Shown here: piece by piece, positions 61,777 to 64,000 of the stretch | How positions within the stretch are numbered: position 1 is the first letter of the stretch | Layout of the letters: each line of letters begins with the position of its first letter | Assembly: GCA_976226885.1 (NCBI GenBank) | Contig: OZ320315.1 | Location: forward strand, 35,774,001-35,838,000 | Reading direction: 5' to 3' | Source: Iphione sp. A-MEVVRFRX5 | Taxonomy: Eukaryota | DNA length: 64,000 bases | Position numbers and translations under genes: made by a program | The notes under the pieces: generated by a model | Told to the model about the DNA's origin: nothing | What the model saw: only the letters and a program-made list of their open reading frames with translations | Databases searched by the model: none

Positions 61777-64000
61777 AGTATCTACCCCACCACTACTGAA
61801 GCGCCTTCCACCATATATCTGTCAATCAACCCGCATGTAAACTTCTGCGGGGGATTCACCAGGTGTATACTACTGGGGTCAGAACGATAACCAGGGTTTA
61901 GGAGATAACAAGTGCTTTCTTCAGACATACTGAAGCTCCTTTCTGACTGTTATCCATTATATTCAATAAAACATCTCATCACACCTTAGTTTTTTTTCAC
62001 CCAGGAAAATATCTGTCATAAACCAAATGTATTCAATGAGTATTGTAGATCCTGTGTTTGCCATCCTGCATCAAGGCCCTCTTTTTTATTCACAGGTGTC
62101 ATCGTCCTATACGTTACTAGGATATATAGAGCGTGTCAAATGACGATGCTGTAAACCTGGGTATGGAGAAAATGGTCTGAACCTACACCGCATACTCAGG
62201 GTTGGCGAGGAGTCACCGCCTTTTTGTACCATGGATCTAAAGGTTAACATATAACTGTCTGGGATGTGTTATTGGAAGCATATTTTTTAAACTATCACCT
62301 AGCAAGCATTATCGAATGTAAACACGCGGCACAAGTATCAGTGCACTCTGTCCAGTGAAAAACATAATACCGCTCTCTGCCACTTTAATTCTCTATAAAG
62401 CATGGCTGACACCATATGAAGAATTCAAATATTTGCTATGCCTAAAAACTGTGGTAGCGGTATTGGTGAGATGCCCTTTTTGGTAACTCTCCTATTGTTT
62501 CGCTATAGTTTGGTTGTTCAGGGCCAGACATATATAATGATTAATAAACAATTATATCTAAAATGCATTTTGATAAATCTTTCGGTCAGAACCTGTATCT
62601 ATATATACGTTTATGTATATATATATATATATCAAAAGCCTTGTAGATATGTACTTAATGCTCAGGTTCCTCACCTCTCCTGTTGATGTGAGTGTTTCAC
62701 ACTTAACTAAACTTAACTATTTGAGAAGAAAAGATTTAAGATGCTCCAACAATGTCTCGAGATACATACAAATGTATCACATGTAACACAGTAGTGTTAT
62801 ATTGCGGACATTCGGTTTTGCAGACATTATATTGCGGACATCGAGTTTCACATACATATGAACCATGAGTTTGGCAGACATGCAGACATTGTTTTATGGC
62901 CATTTGGTGGACATTGTATTTTGCATACATTATGAATGTAATTGTGTACATACAATTTTGTATACATTGTGGATATGATTGTGCGTACATGCTATAATGA
63001 ATATGTCCCTAAAACACAGTGGTAAGTGAAAGAAAGAGAGTTCTATTGTACAGTGTATAGATATAAGTCTTTTAACGCGGATCCTCGATTCACAGACAAC
63101 AGGTGCATCATGTCGCTGACATGGCGCCATCGATAGTCTGGGAATCGACATCCCACACACCAGTAGACACTCATAAACCATGTTCAGGTGACAGGTTAGT
63201 CTAAACAAACATTGTGTCGGAATGGGGATTTCGAGGCACTTCCAGGGTGGGTGCTGACAGTTTTCACATCCATCATCGAAGGGTGCTAGGGTGGGACCGA
63301 GGGTTAATGTAATTCCTGACCTGTCCTGACCCAAGAGCACGTGAACAGGTCAGAGGTCCGGAGACCTATGACCTAAGGTTACGATATGTCACGCACTTTG
63401 TACTTGGGTTACGAACTATGACTGGGAAGGTGCTAACCTTTGACATAGGGGTGTGAGCTATCAGTATATAATGACCGGATCCCCTCACCGCTTTTCGGAG
63501 AGCTCTGATCCGCCACCTTGTAGTGTCTACCTGTTGGAATAAAGATCAACTAACTTGGAAACCTGTGTCGTCTTGAGTTGTGTTACACACACGATAGTCT
63601 TTGATGCGCTGATAAGAGTTACTTAGCTGTTGAACTGAGACCTTAGGATGCGCCGCCATTTTTAAATCATAACAAATAGTGAATATCCGTTGCACAAACT
63701 TGTCAACTGCATCAAATCTGTAGAGCAAAGTGATGCTATATCTATATATCCTAGTGAAAAACCGTCTCATGTGATCTCATATTTCGAGGATTACATGAAA
63801 AAAAAAACAATTCGTCTTTTTAAAACTTTACATATATGAGGTCTTATGAATCCCGGACTCGAAGCCTGGGTAAAATGCTGGTTCACGGCAATAGTTATTT
63901 TCCGCTCCGCTTATCTATGTCCCCGCTTTATAAATCATATAACGATATGAATTATGTGGATTTGTTCATTCTGGTTTCTCTGGCACGAATGAAAATTCTG

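Noticed and set aside
63546-63770. Minus-strand ORF as the missing first USP exon
   Set aside because: No USP N-terminal motif (hydrophobic strand + AVDxS) and no convincing phase-1 donor.

Overview
Intron-rich animal genomic DNA, probably from a marine invertebrate, with three N gaps. (1) 1-19280: a 5'-incomplete gene for a giant (>4,070 aa) ankyrin-repeat / filamin-repeat / HECT E3 ubiquitin ligase. I spliced 13 exons by hand and all phases are compatible. (2) 19672-29761: a 10.1-kb, apparently intact ISL2EU-type (PIF/Harbinger-related) DNA transposon. It has 13-bp TIRs and a 2-bp AT target duplication, confirmed by an empty-site copy of the host repeat at 14214. Its THAP-HTH-DDE transposase gene and its SWIM-YqaJ exonuclease gene are interleaved on opposite strands. 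Inverted 70-bp arrays bracket the catalytic core, and a third, unrecognised spliced gene (basic/coiled-coil/polyQ/SIM-like) sits in a transposase intron. The transposon is inserted in a DINE-1/HINE-like non-autonomous Helentron. (3) An intronless PWP1 (minus) and a 5-exon cornichon (plus) are arranged head-to-head. Their short shared upstream region is split by a 5'-truncated L1/Tx1 LINE with a perfect 16-bp TSD. (4) A mostly non-coding stretch of MITEs, decayed LINE pieces and simple repeats. (5) The 3' part of a universal stress protein gene with a long Ser/Arg-rich tail. All calls come from manual reading; no database searches were run.
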